Source: Squalus acanthias
Lineage: Eukaryota
Assembly (NCBI GenBank): GCA_030390025.1
Contig: CM059432.1
Span: 147,128,001-147,192,000, forward strand
Length of the DNA: 64,000 nt
Direction of reading: 5' to 3'
Shown: piece after piece, positions 11,320 to 22,760 of the stretch
Layout of the letters: each line of letters begins with the position of its first letter
Numbering within the stretch: the first letter of the stretch is position 1
The notes under the pieces: model-generated
What the model saw: only the letters and a program-made list of their open reading frames with translations
What the model was told of the DNA's origin: nothing
Database searches by the model: none
Position numbers and translations under genes: made by a program

Positions 11320-13800
11320 TTGGGAAATTAGATTAAAAGATATGATGATAGATAAGTAATGGCCAACATTTAAATCAATAATTCATAATTCTCAACGAAT
11401 ATACATTCACTTGAGGAATAAACACTCCACTGGAAAAGTGGTACAGCCATGGCTAACTAGAGAAGTTAAGGATAGTATTAGATTAAAAGAAAATGGTTAC
11501 GATGTTGTCAAAAAGAGTCATAAGCCTGAGGATTGGGAGGGCTTTAAAAATCAGCAAAGGATGACCAAGAAATTGATAGAGGAGAGAAAATAGAATATAA
11601 GCGTAAACTAGCAAGAACTATAAAAACAGATTGTAAGAGCTTTTACAAGTATGTAAAAAGGAAGAGATTAGCAAAAGTAAAAGTGGGTCCCTTAGAGGTG
11701 GAGACAGGAGAAATTATAATGGGGAATAAGGACATGGCAATGGCGTTAAACAAATGTTTTGTGTCTGTCTTCACAGTAGAAGACACAAAGAACATATCGG
11801 AAATTGTGGGAACCAAGGGACTAATGAGAGTGAGGAACTTAAAGTAATTAATATTAGTAAAGAAAAAGTACTGGAGAAATTAATGGAACTAAAAGCCAAG
11901 AAATCCCCTGGACCTAATGGTCTAGAACCTAAGGTTTTAAAAAAAGGTGATTGCAGAGATAGTGGACGCATTGGTTTTGATTTTCCAGAATTGCCTAAAT
12001 TCTAGAGTGAACCCCATGGATTGGAAGGTAGCAAATGTAACCCTGTTGTTCAAGAAATGAGGGAGAGAAAAAAACTGGAACTATAGGCCAGTTAGCGTTA
12101 CGTCAGTAGTAGGGAAAATGCTCGAATCTGTTACTAAGGATGTGGTAACAGGGCACTTGGAAAATTACACTATGATTAGACAGAATAAACACGGTTTTAT
12201 GAGAGGGAAGTTGTGTTTGACAAATCTATTAGTTTTTTGAGGGTGTAACTAGCAAGGTAGTATATTTGGAATTTCAGAAGGCATTTGATTAGGTGCCATA
12301 CAAGAGGTTGTTTCACATGATTAGGGCTCGTGGTATTGGGGGTAATATATTAGGATGGATTGAGGATTGGTTAACAGGGAGTAGGAATAAATGGGTCATT
12401 TTTGGGATGGCAGGGTGTAACGAGTGGAGTGCCGCAAGGATCAGTGCTTGGTCCTCAGCTATTTACAACCTGTATCAATGACTTAGATGAGGGGACCGAG
12501 TGTAATGTTTGCTGATGCTACAAAGCTAGGTGGGAAACAAAGCTGTGAAGAGGATGCAAAGAGGCTGGTAAGGGCTATAGTGATTGGGCAAGAAGTTGCC
12601 AGATGGAATATAAAGTGTGAAATTATCCACATTTGGTAAAGCAGAATTTTTTTTTTAAAAAGAAAGACTTGCATTTATGTAGTATCGTTTACGAACTCAG
12701 GACATCCCAAAGCCCTTTACAGCCAGTGAAGTATTATTTGAAACGTGGTCACTGTTGTAATGCAGGAAACCCGGCAGCCAATTTGTGTACAGCAAGCTCC
12801 CACAAACAGCAATGTGATGATGACCAGATAATCTATTTTTGTGATGTTGAATGAGGGATAAATATTGGCCAGGACACCAGGGATAACTCCCCTGCTCTTC
12901 TTCAAAATAATGCCATAGGATCTTTTACATCCACCTGAGAGAGCAGACAGGGCCTTGGTTTAACATCTCATCCGAAAGACAGCACCTCCAACAATGTAGC
13001 ACTCCCTCAGCAGTGCACTGGAGTGTTAGCCTAGATTTTTGTGCTCAAGTCTCTGGAGTGGGACTTGAACCCACAACCTTCTGACTCAGAGTTGAGAGTG
13101 CTACCCACTAAGCCACGGCTGACACAAAAGGTGAGAGACTAGGAAATGTTGGTATTCAGAGGGATTTGGGGGTCCTTGTACACGAGTCACAGAAAGTTAA
13201 CATGCAGGTACAGCAAGCAACTAGAAAGGCAAATAGTATATTAGACTTTATTGCAAGGGCGCTGGTGTATAAGAGTAAGGAAGTCTTGCTGCAATTATAT
13301 GGGGCTTTGGTGAGACCACACCTGGAGTACTGTGCACACTTTTGTTCTCCTTACCTAAGGAAGGATATACTTGCATTTGATGGAGTGCAACGAAGGTTCA
13401 CTAGATTGATTCCTGGGATGAGAGGGCTGTCTTATGAGGAGAGATTGAGTAGAATATTCTCTGGAGTTTAGAAGAATGAGAGATGATCTCATTCAATGTA
13501 TTAAATTCTTAGAGGGATTGACAGGGTAGATGCTGAGAGGCTGTTTCCCCTGGCTGGGGAGTCTAGAACTAGGGGTCATAGTCTCAGGATAAGGGGTCGG
13601 CCATTTAGGACTGAGATGAGGAGAAATTTCTTCACTCAGAGGGTGGTGAATCTTTGGAATTCTCTACCCCAGAGGGCTCTGGAGGCTCAGTCATTGAGTA
13701 TTTTCAAGACTGAGATCGATAGATTTTTGGATATTAAGGGATACGGGGATAGGGCGGAAATGTGGAGTTGATGTAGACGTTCAACCATACTACTACTTTT
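11320..13800 (+). mobile_element. Degraded CR1 LINE ORF2, interrupted by a SINE
   Basis: KSPGPNGLEPKVLK and LYGALVRPHLEYC, with many stops and frameshifts. Confidence 0.88.
12660..13125 (-). mobile_element. tRNA-derived SINE, Deu-domain (SacSINE1/AmnSINE1-like), near complete
   Basis: The minus strand has A-box TGGCTTAGTGGG, B-box GGTTCAAGTCC, body TTATCCCTCA..CTTGCTGT..AAATTGGCTGCC and tail ..ATAAATGCAAGTCTTTCT. The family name is from recall. Confidence 0.8.
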
Positions 13801-13814
13801 GTATGATGGGAAAA

Positions 13815-13990
13815 GTGTATTATGGGATGTCTAGTTTGGTTCTCCATTCAATGGCCTCCTGAGAGGCCGAGTGGAGAAATGAGGTGCCTCCCACAACAGA
13901 TCTTAGTGGGCAGGTTGATGTGATGTGTTCCATGTTCTGGGACCCTTGGCCACAGTCACACTTCCTGTTTGTGTAAAGATTTGCACACAT
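13815..13990 (-). mobile_element. 3' fragment of an Ingi/Vingi-like LINE (C-terminal CCHC knuckle)
   Basis: CDCGQGSQNMEHITSTCP..GG..LHSA..AIEW..LDIP*, a C-terminal pattern typical of I-group LINEs. Confidence 0.55.
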
Positions 13991-14447
13991 TTTTCTGCAG
14001 CAGGACATCTGACAGCATCTTCTGTTAGTTCGACTTGCCCCTGCACCCTTTAGCTCAAAACATTATCGCCCACATAGTTGCGAAAGTGCGAGCTGATAAT
14101 GCTGCAGCGAGGGAAACAAGTCATCTGGAAGATAAGTGAACAGGGCGACCAATGGTGTGTCACCTGAAGCAATCGGCTTGAAGGATTGAGGAAGCACTGA
14201 GAAGGAAGTGTCAATTAGAGTGGGTGAATTCAATGTCAAATCAAGTACAGAAAGAGAAATGAAGAGAGGGAAAGAAAGATTGGATTAAGAGAGAGAGAAA
14301 ATTAAACATAAAGAAAAGTAAAATAAAATTTAAAATGTTAAATTTGATATTTTTAAAATCGCCAACAACAATTATTAGCTGAAGGAATGTTTGTAATAGT
14401 TAATTTTCAGTGCCAGAGAGGTTGATTGGCTGTAATTAAAAAAAAAA

Positions 14448-15052
14448 TTAGTTTATGGGATGTAGGCGTCGCTGGCAAGGCCAGCATTTATTGCCCATTC
14501 CTAGTTGCCCCTTGAGAAGGTGGTGGTGAGCCGCCTTCTTGAACCGCTGCAGTCCGTGTGGTGATGGTGCTCCCACAGTGCTGTTAGTGAGAGAGTTCCA
14601 GGATTTTGACCCAGCGACGATGAAGGAACGGCCGATATACATCTAAGTCAGGATGGTGTGTGACTTGGAGGGGAACTTGGAGGTGGTGGCGGTCCCATGT
14701 GCCTGCTGCCCTTGTCCTTCTAGGTGGAAGAGGTCGCGGGTTTGGGAGGTGCTGCCGAAGAAGCCTTGGCGAGTTGCTGCAGTGCATCTTGCAGATGGTA
14801 CACACTGCAGCCACGGTGCGCCGATGGTGGAGGGAGTGAATGTTTAAGGTGGTGGATGGGGTTTCAATCAAGCGGGCTGCTTTGTCCTGGATGGTGTCGA
14901 GCTTCTTGAGTGTTGTTGGAGCTGCACTCATCCAGGCAAGTGGAGAGTATTCCATCACACTCCTGACTTGTGCCTTGTAGATGGTGGAAAGGCTTTGGGG
15001 AGTCAGGAGGTGAGACACTCGCCGCAGAATACCCAGCCTCTGACCTGCTCTT
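14448..15052 (-). mobile_element. 3' end of the same LINE family as 713-2820
   Basis: The stretch RSVMEYS.LAWMSAAPTTLKKL.TIQDKAARLI is near-identical to 713-840. It continues into a 3' UTR ..GGGCAATAAATGCTGGCCTTGCCAGCGACGCC. Confidence 0.9.
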
Positions 15053-15145
15053 ATTATGATGTAGAGATGCCGGCGTTGGACTGGGGTGGACAAAAATGAG
15101 AAGTCGCACAACACCAGGTTATAGTCCAACAGATTTATTTAATTT

Positions 15146-15178
15146 TACAAGCTTTCGGAGCTGTCGCTCCTTCTTCAG
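15146..15178 (-). ncRNA. Minimal hammerhead ribozyme motif (inverted pLTR copy)
   Basis: Reverse complement of 16250-16282. Confidence 0.8.
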
Positions 15179-16249
15179 GTAGGGTAGCTGTGTGAGAATC
15201 TCCCAGAATTCACAATATAAACACAGAAAAAATGTATTCAAATCTTTCCCTACATCAAAGACACACTAAGAGCACAGCCAAGACAATGAGATGTGTCCCA
15301 GGGGGTCCAACGTGTCAAAACACCTGCTGGCTGCATATCCTCTCCATTTGTGTTGGTTCTTGTGTTAGTTTTTTTTTTTTTAAAACGTGGAAAGACCGGC
15401 CATGATGTCAAGTCACGTTCTGTATCGTGACATGAACCCGATATCGCGATTGAGGCCATCCTCATGAGTGCGGAACTTGGCTATCAGTTTCTGCTCTACT
15501 ACTCGCCTTCAAGCAGCCGCCTAACCTCAAAAGTACCATCGTTCGCAGCAGATTACCCATCTTTCAGGAGAACAGCAACCACGACACCACACAACCCTGC
15601 CACGGCAACCTCTGCAAAACATGCCAGATCATGGACACAGATACCATTATCACACGTGAGGACACTACCCACCAGGTACATGGTACATACTCATGTGACT
15701 CGGCCAACGTTGTCTACCTGATACGTTGCAGTAAAGGATGCCCCAGAGCATGGTACATCGGTGAGACCATGCAGACACTGAGACAACGTATGAACGGACA
15801 CCGCGCAACAATCGCCAGGCAGGAGGGTTGCCTCCCAGTCGGGGAACACTTCAGCAGTCAGGGGCATTCAGCCTCGGATCTGCGGGTAAGCGTTCTCCAA
15901 GGCGGCCTTCGGGATACACGACAGCGCAAAATCATAGAGCAGAAACTGATAGCCAAGTTCCGCACTCATGAGGATGGCCTCAATCGCGATATCGGGTTCA
16001 TGTCACGATACAGAACGTGACTTGACATCATGGCCGGTCTTTCCAGGTTTAAAAAAAAACTAACACAAGAACCAACACAAATGGAGAGGATATGCAGCCA
16101 GCAGGTGTTTTGACACGTTGGACCCCCTGGGACACATCTCATTGTCTTGGCTGTGCTCTTAGTGTGTCTTTGATGTAGGGAAAGATTTGAATAAATTTTT
16201 TCTGTGTTTATATTGTGAATTCTGGGAGATTCTCTCACAGCTACCCTAC

Positions 16250-16282
16250 CTGAAGAAGGAGCGACAGCTCCGAAAGCTTGTA
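16250..16282 (+). ncRNA. Minimal hammerhead ribozyme motif in a Penelope pLTR
   Basis: CTGAAGA-A-GGAGC-GACA-GCTCC-GAAA-GCTTGTA: CUGANGA and GAAA cores, 5-bp stem II, palindromic AAGCTT stem III. Confidence 0.8.
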
Positions 16283-17027
16283 AAATTAAATAAATCTGTT
16301 GGACTATAACCTGGTGTTGTGCGACTTCTCATTTTTGCTCTTATTATCACATTGTTAAAAGATACTTACACTTGAAATGACAAGACTTAAGTTTCTGTGG
16401 CGAGTTTAGTTTGTATCTATCGCACAAATACGGCAACTTCACACCATTCAATGCATTTCATCAGTGAGCCAGTCAGCAAGATGCCATTTTCACGAAGGTG
16501 ATGGCAGAGTGCCACAACTCGGACAGCAACTTTTGGATATTGGCATTTAACCGCGCGTCTGCTCCTTGCCTGAAGTTGCTGTGCCGTTTATGCATAACAG
16601 CAGCAAGTGCCATTAGACTCACTTGTTATTTTTGACAGAAAAATCTGACCCAATATATATCTGCAGATGAAGTCTATCTGGATTTTTGCAACCAGTTCCT
16701 AATGCAAAATGAGGCAATTTTATGTGTAAAGAGATCAAAAAAAAATTAACATACAACATTAAAAGATGTGGCCTGTGGGGCTAATGTTGTGATTAAGCGC
16801 TCCCGATGCAGACCTTTGTGCGACGGGAGCCCCATAGCACGATTTCAGACACAGAGGTCAGGGTCACGGATTGCACGTATATTTCCCACTGACTGAATTC
16901 CTGATATGTGTTCTCATCATCAATCAAAAAATGATTGCAAACATATGTCACATAACCTGTGCTGTCCATACTGATTTGGCAATTGCCTGCGGCCGTTAAC
17001 TTCTATCATCGCTATGTTGATTCGCAG

Positions 17028-17148
17028 GATTGACAAACCAAAGGCCTTCTCACTGTTGCTGCACGCTGCTGATATCAGCCATCCGGCCAAATCCTGGGAC
17101 ATTCATCATCGCTGGACCATGGCTCTGCTGGAGGAATTCTTCAGACAG
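17028..17148 (+). CDS. PDE1: PDE1-family phosphodiesterase, internal coding exon (IDKPKAFSLLLHAADISHPAKSWDIHHRWTMALLEEFFRQ)
   Basis: ttcgcag acceptor and gtgata donor; 121 bp, phase 2/0. Splices in frame to the previous exon (GG+G = Gly). Contains HAADISHP (metal-binding Asp) and EEFFRQ. Confidence 0.96.
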
Positions 17149-17353
17149 GTGATAACTTTATTCAGCTGAGATTACAAAGCATTAAACTGACCAACAGTTG
17201 CTCTTAAGTTCTGATGTTACGGAGAGTGATTTTGATGTTTGCAGAAGAACCCTGAGGGACGCTAATTTAACTGTTTCTAAATGTTGGGTAGATTTAATGA
17301 GTTAACACTCCTGACACAGAGATTGAGACACCAGCAGCGCTTGTTGGAATACT

Positions 17354-18097
17354 GGGCCGTATATTCCGATGCCTGCGGCTGTGTACGCGCTGTGTACCCA
17401 CCCGTAGGGACATCGGAAATGCCGGTTTCAGGCATGCAAAGTGCATGCGCTGAAAACCAGCATTTCCGATCTGTCAGGACAGATTGGTCGCCTGCCCTGG
17501 AGAAGGGCCTCTGCGGGGGGAGAGTTCCGCTTTCTGGAGAACCTCCGCCCGCAGAAAACCCTTAAAAATCTTACGCTGGGTAAAAACCTGCGTAAGGCCT
17601 GCTTTTACCAGAATAAGAGGTTAAAAAAATAATTTTTTTCAATCATTTATAATTTAAAAATACTTTTAAAAAAGGTAAGTTTATTTTTGGCCCCGTAAAA
17701 AACTTTAATTATTTTTTTCAAAAAAATTTAATATTTGTTTAAAATTTTTAATTTAATGTAATTGTAACTCATTTTAAAAACGTGATTTTCTTTTTTATGT
17801 ATTTAATATTTTACTGTGTTTTTGGGGTGATCTCCATTCATATATTTGACAGGTCTATCTGTCAAAAGTATGAAGGGAGATTCCCTTCTCCTATTGGCTG
17901 CCCATGGCCCACGTGATCCCAGGGACGCTTGCGAACCGCCTGCGCCCCTGGGATACCTGGGCCCTGCGCATTTCGACTGTGGAGAGGCCCAGGATCGGAA
18001 GTGTCCGGACCTCGGGAGCCCTCGGGTAAGAGCGTAAATTTTTTTTCCGATAGGAGGCCTCCGCACGCAGGAAGCCTCCGATCGGAAAATACGGGCC
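17354..18097. mobile_element. Harbinger-type MITE with GC-rich arms and an AT-rich core
   Basis: 17-bp TIR with 2 mismatches (GGGCCGTATATTCCGAT / ATCGGAAAATACGGGCC); flanks ACT/ATT. Related to 36846-37588. Confidence 0.8.
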
Positions 18098-18233
18098 ATT
18101 GTATATTCAGGCTGGCGGCACGAAGGTTCGCAAACATCGTGGTTAGTTTTGGTAGACTTCCAAAGCTTATTTATGCAATCACATGAGAGACTATTGTTGC
18201 TCGATTACAGTCCTTCGTCTTGTCTTATTCCAG

Positions 18234-18315
18234 GGTGACAAAGAGGCTGAACTGGGGCTTCCTTTCTCTCCACTCTGTGATCGCAATTCAACCATGATTC
18301 CTCAGTCCCAAATGG
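18234..18315 (+). CDS. PDE1: PDE1-family phosphodiesterase, internal coding exon (GDKEAELGLPFSPLCDRNSTMIPQSQM-G)
   Basis: tcttattccag acceptor and gtaaga donor; 82 bp, phase 0/1. Contains GDKEAELGLPFSPLCDR and the invariant purine-binding Gln of SQxG. Confidence 0.96.
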
Positions 18316-18391
18316 GTAAGACACTCCAAGTACATCTTTATTACAGAGGATTCATTTAACAAATTATGGTCAAATTAACATGGAGCATTTT

Positions 18392-19427
18392 CTTCTCCTC
18401 CTTCATAGGCAGTCCCTCGGAACCGAGGATGACTTGCTTCCACATTAAAAATGAGTTCTCAGGTGACTGATGAGTCCAATGCGGGACCTACAGTCTCTGT
18501 CACAGTTGGGGCAGACGGTGGTTGAAGGGGTGGGTGGGTGGGGTGCTTGGGTTGACGTGCGCTCCTTGCGCGGCTTGTGCTTGGCTTCCGCTTGCTCCCA
18601 GTGAAGAGACTCGAGGTGTTCGGCGCCTTCTCGGATGCTTCTCCTCCACTTTGTGCGGTCTTGGGCCAGGGATTCCCAGGTGTCAGTGGGGATGTTGCAC
18701 TTTTTCAAGGAGGCTTTGAGGGTGTCCTTGAAGCGTTTGCTCTGCCCACCTGGGGCTCTCTTGCCGTGCCGGAGCTCCGAGTAGAGCGCTTGTTTTGGGA
18801 GTCTCGAATCGGGCATGCGGACGATGTGACCCGTCCATCGGAGCTGATCGAGCATGGTCAAAGCTTCGATGCTGGGGATGTTGGCCTGAGCGAGAACACT
18901 GGCGTTGGTGCGCCTATCCTGCCAATGGATTTGCAAGATCTTGCGGAGGCAGTGTTGGTGGTACCTCTCCAGTGCTTTGAGGTGCCTGCTGTACATGGTT
19001 CATGTCTCTGAGGCATACAGCAGGGCGGATATCACTGCTGCTCTGTAGACCATGAGCTTAGTGCCGGGTTTGAGGTCCTGGTCTTCAAACACTCTCTTCC
19101 TCAGGCGACCGAAGACTGCACTGGCACACTGAAGGCGGTGTTGGACTTCGTCATCGACGTCTGCCCTTATTGACAGTAGGCTCCCGAGGTATGGAAAGTG
19201 GTCCATGTTGTCCAAGGCCTTGTCGTGGATTTTGATAACCGGGGGGCAGTACTGTGTGGCGGGGGCAGGTTGGTAGAGGACCTTTGTCTTATGGATGTTT
19301 GGTGTAAGGCCCATGCTCTCGTACGCTTCGGTGAAGGTGTTGACGATGGTTTGGAGTTCGACCTCCGAGTGAGCCCAGACGCAAACGTCGTCTGCATACT
19401 GTAATTCGACGACAGAGGATGGGACTT
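18392..19427 (-). mobile_element. RTE-clade LINE, 5'-truncated
   Basis: ELQYADD..FPYLGS..QLRWTGHIVRMPDSRLPKQ..CPNC..LISHLRTH, with a purine-triplet tail. Possible TSD AGCATTTT (18384-18391, 19433-19440). Confidence 0.93.
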
Positions 19428-19839
19428 TAAAAAGCATTTTAAAGCATAATTCGACCCCTGTCTATGTTTGAAAATATGCAGTGTTAATCAGGAAACGTGG
19501 CCCTTCTCTACCAGTACCGATCCTGCTCAGTTGTCTACAAAATCAGGAGCAGGAGCCTGGGCTGGAGTTGGTTGGGGGGTGGGCGCCATTTAAATATCAC
19601 TGTGCTGCAGAGGTGAAAGAACAGCTGACAAGAATCCCCTCTGCTCCTCCAGCACGGTGATATTTGATGTTTGAAAAATATCTACAGTAAGACTAAGATT
19701 TATTACAGTAATGATCAAAAAAATCACAATGATGAGAGGACAGAACTCTGGAGAACCTTGGAGAAAAATAGATATTCATGGTTGCCAGCCAGCATGAAGA
19801 TGAACATTTTGTGGATAGAAGCGTTATCATGTTGACTTT

Positions 19840-19930
19840 CTGATGAAAGGTCATCGACCTGAAACGTCAACTCTCTTTCTCTCTCCACGGATGCTGCCTG
19901 GCCTGCTGAGTTTTTCCAGCGTTTTCTGTT
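19840..19930 (+). mobile_element. 91-bp Penelope-type mini-insertion beginning with a hammerhead motif
   Basis: CTGATGA-A-AGGTC-ATC-GACCT-GAAA-CGTCA, with a perfect 17-bp TSD GTTATCATGTTGACTTT (19823-19839, 19931-19947). Confidence 0.85.
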
Positions 19931-20236
19931 GTTATCATGTTGACTTTGTCTTGTTCAAGGGTCATGGGTTTTTTTTCCCCCGTAGATTTTGGTTGGTACT
20001 TCGGGCGTGCGTGGTTATACACCGACTGTCTTTGCATGAGTATGTAGAGTGGGATGATCATCTGATTGATTGCTGTTGGCTGCAGCTGTTAATGTGGCTG
20101 TGCAAAGGGTGAGAAACAAGAACTGCTCCTGGACAAGTGAACAAAATGTTTGGTGGATTACAAGAGAGCACCTTTGGTGATGGCACACTGCCTGGGGCTT
20201 TTACCTTCACACACATGTTTAGCGTGCTCACTCTAT

Positions 20237-20993
20237 GGGCTGGATTTTGATACTGGGGCGGGTTGGGGTCGTGTCATCCGCATTTCATGTTATCCACCCG
20301 CCTGCAATTGGATGTGGGAGATTGATGCAATTTTTAGTTAAATGGGCAATTGAGTTCCAGCATGTGGGAACCCATGAACCAATTAGTGGTTTCAGTCTGA
20401 AAGTCGCCTCTGATGATGTCATCATTGCTGCAGCATTGCAGGTCAGGTCAGAGACTGCCTGGCTTTTGGTGTGAGAGGACCTGGATGCAAAATGAGCAGC
20501 AGCTCTAAGGACACAGTTAGAGAGAGAGAGAATTTATTTTGCATCCAGGTCCTCTCACAGCAAAGGCCAGGCAGTTTCTGAAGACATTCAATGCAGCAGC
20601 ATCAGAGGCGACTTTCAGACCTAATACTACTGCTACCTTCATCATATTTCCGTTGTAATAGTGGACCTGCAGCTGATAGTCAGCTATCCACTTGTGCTCC
20701 CACCAGGTTTCACTGGCGTGTTTCACATCAGGTGTGCTTCACGCCGGAAAAGGGTTAAACTAGCTAAAACGTTTCAAAATGGCATTACAGAGCCAATTTA
20801 GGGCTTGTTAAGGGCTTTAATGGCCTCTCCCGCCTCTTGGAGGCGGGACGGAGTCGGGAACACCGCACACGATTTTATCAAAATTGCGTGGAGGCGGGTT
20901 GGAGGCGGGATGGGGTCGGGACCCCCGAATCTGCAACTTTAACCCCCCACACGCCTCCAAACCCGACTCCACGGGTCATTCAAAATCCAGTTC
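20237..20993. mobile_element. Harbinger-type MITE, second copy of the 3446-4091 family
   Basis: GGGCTGGATTTTGA / TCAAAATCCAGTTC ends and TSD TAT. Colinear with 3446-4091 apart from an internal inverted duplication. Confidence 0.9.
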
Positions 20994-21106
20994 TATAAGT
21001 TTGTCTCCCTCTTATTTCAACAGAGGTGTTAACCCAATTATTTAAAATGGGTTAAAGTCTCCATTAAAATAGAAAAAGAAATGAAGTTCATGAGACCACT
21101 CTAAAA

Positions 21107-21400
21107 GGGGAAATTTCGTGGTCCCAGTGAGGAACAGGGAGCACATCGTGGGCGTGCAGCCCATCATTATCTACCCGTTAATTTAATGGACGACAAATTA
21201 TGTCTGCACACCCACAATGTCCCGACGTGCTCCCCCTGTCAGTGCTGGATCAGGGAATCACCGCTCGGCGCTTGTACAACAGCATTGCTGCCATTATTCA
21301 ATGTGGCGCTTGGCGTAGTGGTAACCATCAGGGCGTGAGGCCTGTGTCCAATCGCCGCGTGCAGCTTCACGCTAGTAATTCTCGACCGTGCATTTCCTGA
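21107..21400. mobile_element. Putative old palindromic MITE
   Basis: Imperfect inverted repeat GGGAGCACATCG..TGCAG / CTGCA..CGACGTGCTCCC centred on about 21180. Termini are unclear. Confidence 0.4.
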
Positions 21401-22195
21401 AATTTGGCAAGGCCTTCAAAGGCAAGGTGCCAAGTTGAAGGCTTCAAATTTCCTTGTAGGAAGATGTTGAAAATCAGCTGACAAGTCATCACGGAATCCC
21501 AGCAAAAGCAGGTTCTACACTAAATTTCAGGCTGCCCTGGGCAGAAATAATCTTTTCCACTGCCCCCCACCCTCCCCCCCCCCCCAACCCATAAACTACC
21601 ATAATTAGATCCTGCTGTCTCAACCATTTGGGTGATTGGGTTTTGTTGTTCTCTATTAGATTTATGTGGGTGGTTGGAAATTAAATAAGTGGCAGAATAC
21701 TAACTGCACCGGAGCTTCAACAGGAGGCCTGCAATTCTCCTGAGTGTGTTGCATCTCAGTTATTTCATTACAGGGAACAGTTGACTGGAGGCTGGACTCC
21801 CTCGGTGAGGGAATTAAAAGCAAAGGGACAATTATCCCAGGGCACTCTCATATACTTCTTAGCAGCTGGTTAGAGTAACATTGGCAGTGCCTGTCTCTGG
21901 GCAAAAACAAGAAATATATACATTGAAATGTGATGAATCAGTGAGACGTTGACTTCTATATAAGGGTTTCGATGGCACTATTTTCATCTGGTTACCTGGA
22001 ATACAATTCCACCCAGACAGATGTCTCTTTTATTTGGCCATAAAAATCTTAGCAAAATAATTCTTAAAGGTTTCTTGGCAAGGAATCTTGATCAAAAAGA
22101 GACATCGAAATGACTTATAAAGGCATTGCCAGGGTTCTGTAGGAAATTAGGATAAAATGTTTCTGGCACCTGATCAGTGCAATGGCTCCAAGTAA

Positions 22196-22760
22196 CATAG
22201 AAACATAGAAAAATAGGAGCAGGAGTCGGCCATTCGGCCCTTCGAGCCTGCTCCGCCATTCAATATGATCATGGCTGATCCTCTATCTCAATACCATATT
22301 CCCGCTCTCTCCCCATACCCCTTGAAGCCTTTTGTGTCTAGAAATCTATCTATCTCCTTCTTAAATATATTCAGTGACTTGGCCTCCACAGCCTTCTGTG
22401 GTAGAGAATTCCACAGGTTCACCACCCTCTGAGTGAAGAAATTTCTCCTCATCTCAGTCCTAAATGTCCTACCCCGTATCCTGAGACTGTGACCCCTCGT
22501 TCTAGACCCCCCCAGCCAGGGGAAACATCCTCCCTGAATCCAGTCTGTCTAGCCCTGTCAGAACTTTATACGTTTCAATGAAATCCCCTCTCATTCTTCT
22601 AAACTCTAGTGAATACAGGCCTAGTTGACCCAATCTCTCCCCATATACAACAGTCCTGCCATCCCAGGAACCAGTCTGGTGAACCTTCGCTGCACTCCCT
22701 CTATGGCAAGTATATCCTTTCTTAGGTAAGGAGACCAAAACTGCACACAGTACTCCAGGT
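22196..22760 (-). mobile_element. 5'-truncated CR1 LINE
   Basis: [20 protein letters not shown] and a (TTTCTATG)n tail at 22196-22212. Confidence 0.92.

Larger units (their letters stand above)
15058..16335 (+). mobile_element. Penelope-like element, 5'-truncated, GIY-YIG domain flanked by inverted pseudo-LTRs
   Basis: Open frame 15502-16020: AFKQPPNLK..CKTC..NVVYLIRC..C..YIGET..LRQRMNGH..GLN. 15091-15498 is the reverse complement of 15934-16337. A direct repeat TGCTCTTATTAT lies at 15046-15057 and 16336-16347. Confidence 0.93.

Noticed and set aside
14020..14440. Possible MITE remnants (also about 9430-9830 and 16390-16651)
   Set aside because: Only one end or weak inverted repeats are visible; I could not define TIR pairs or TSDs.
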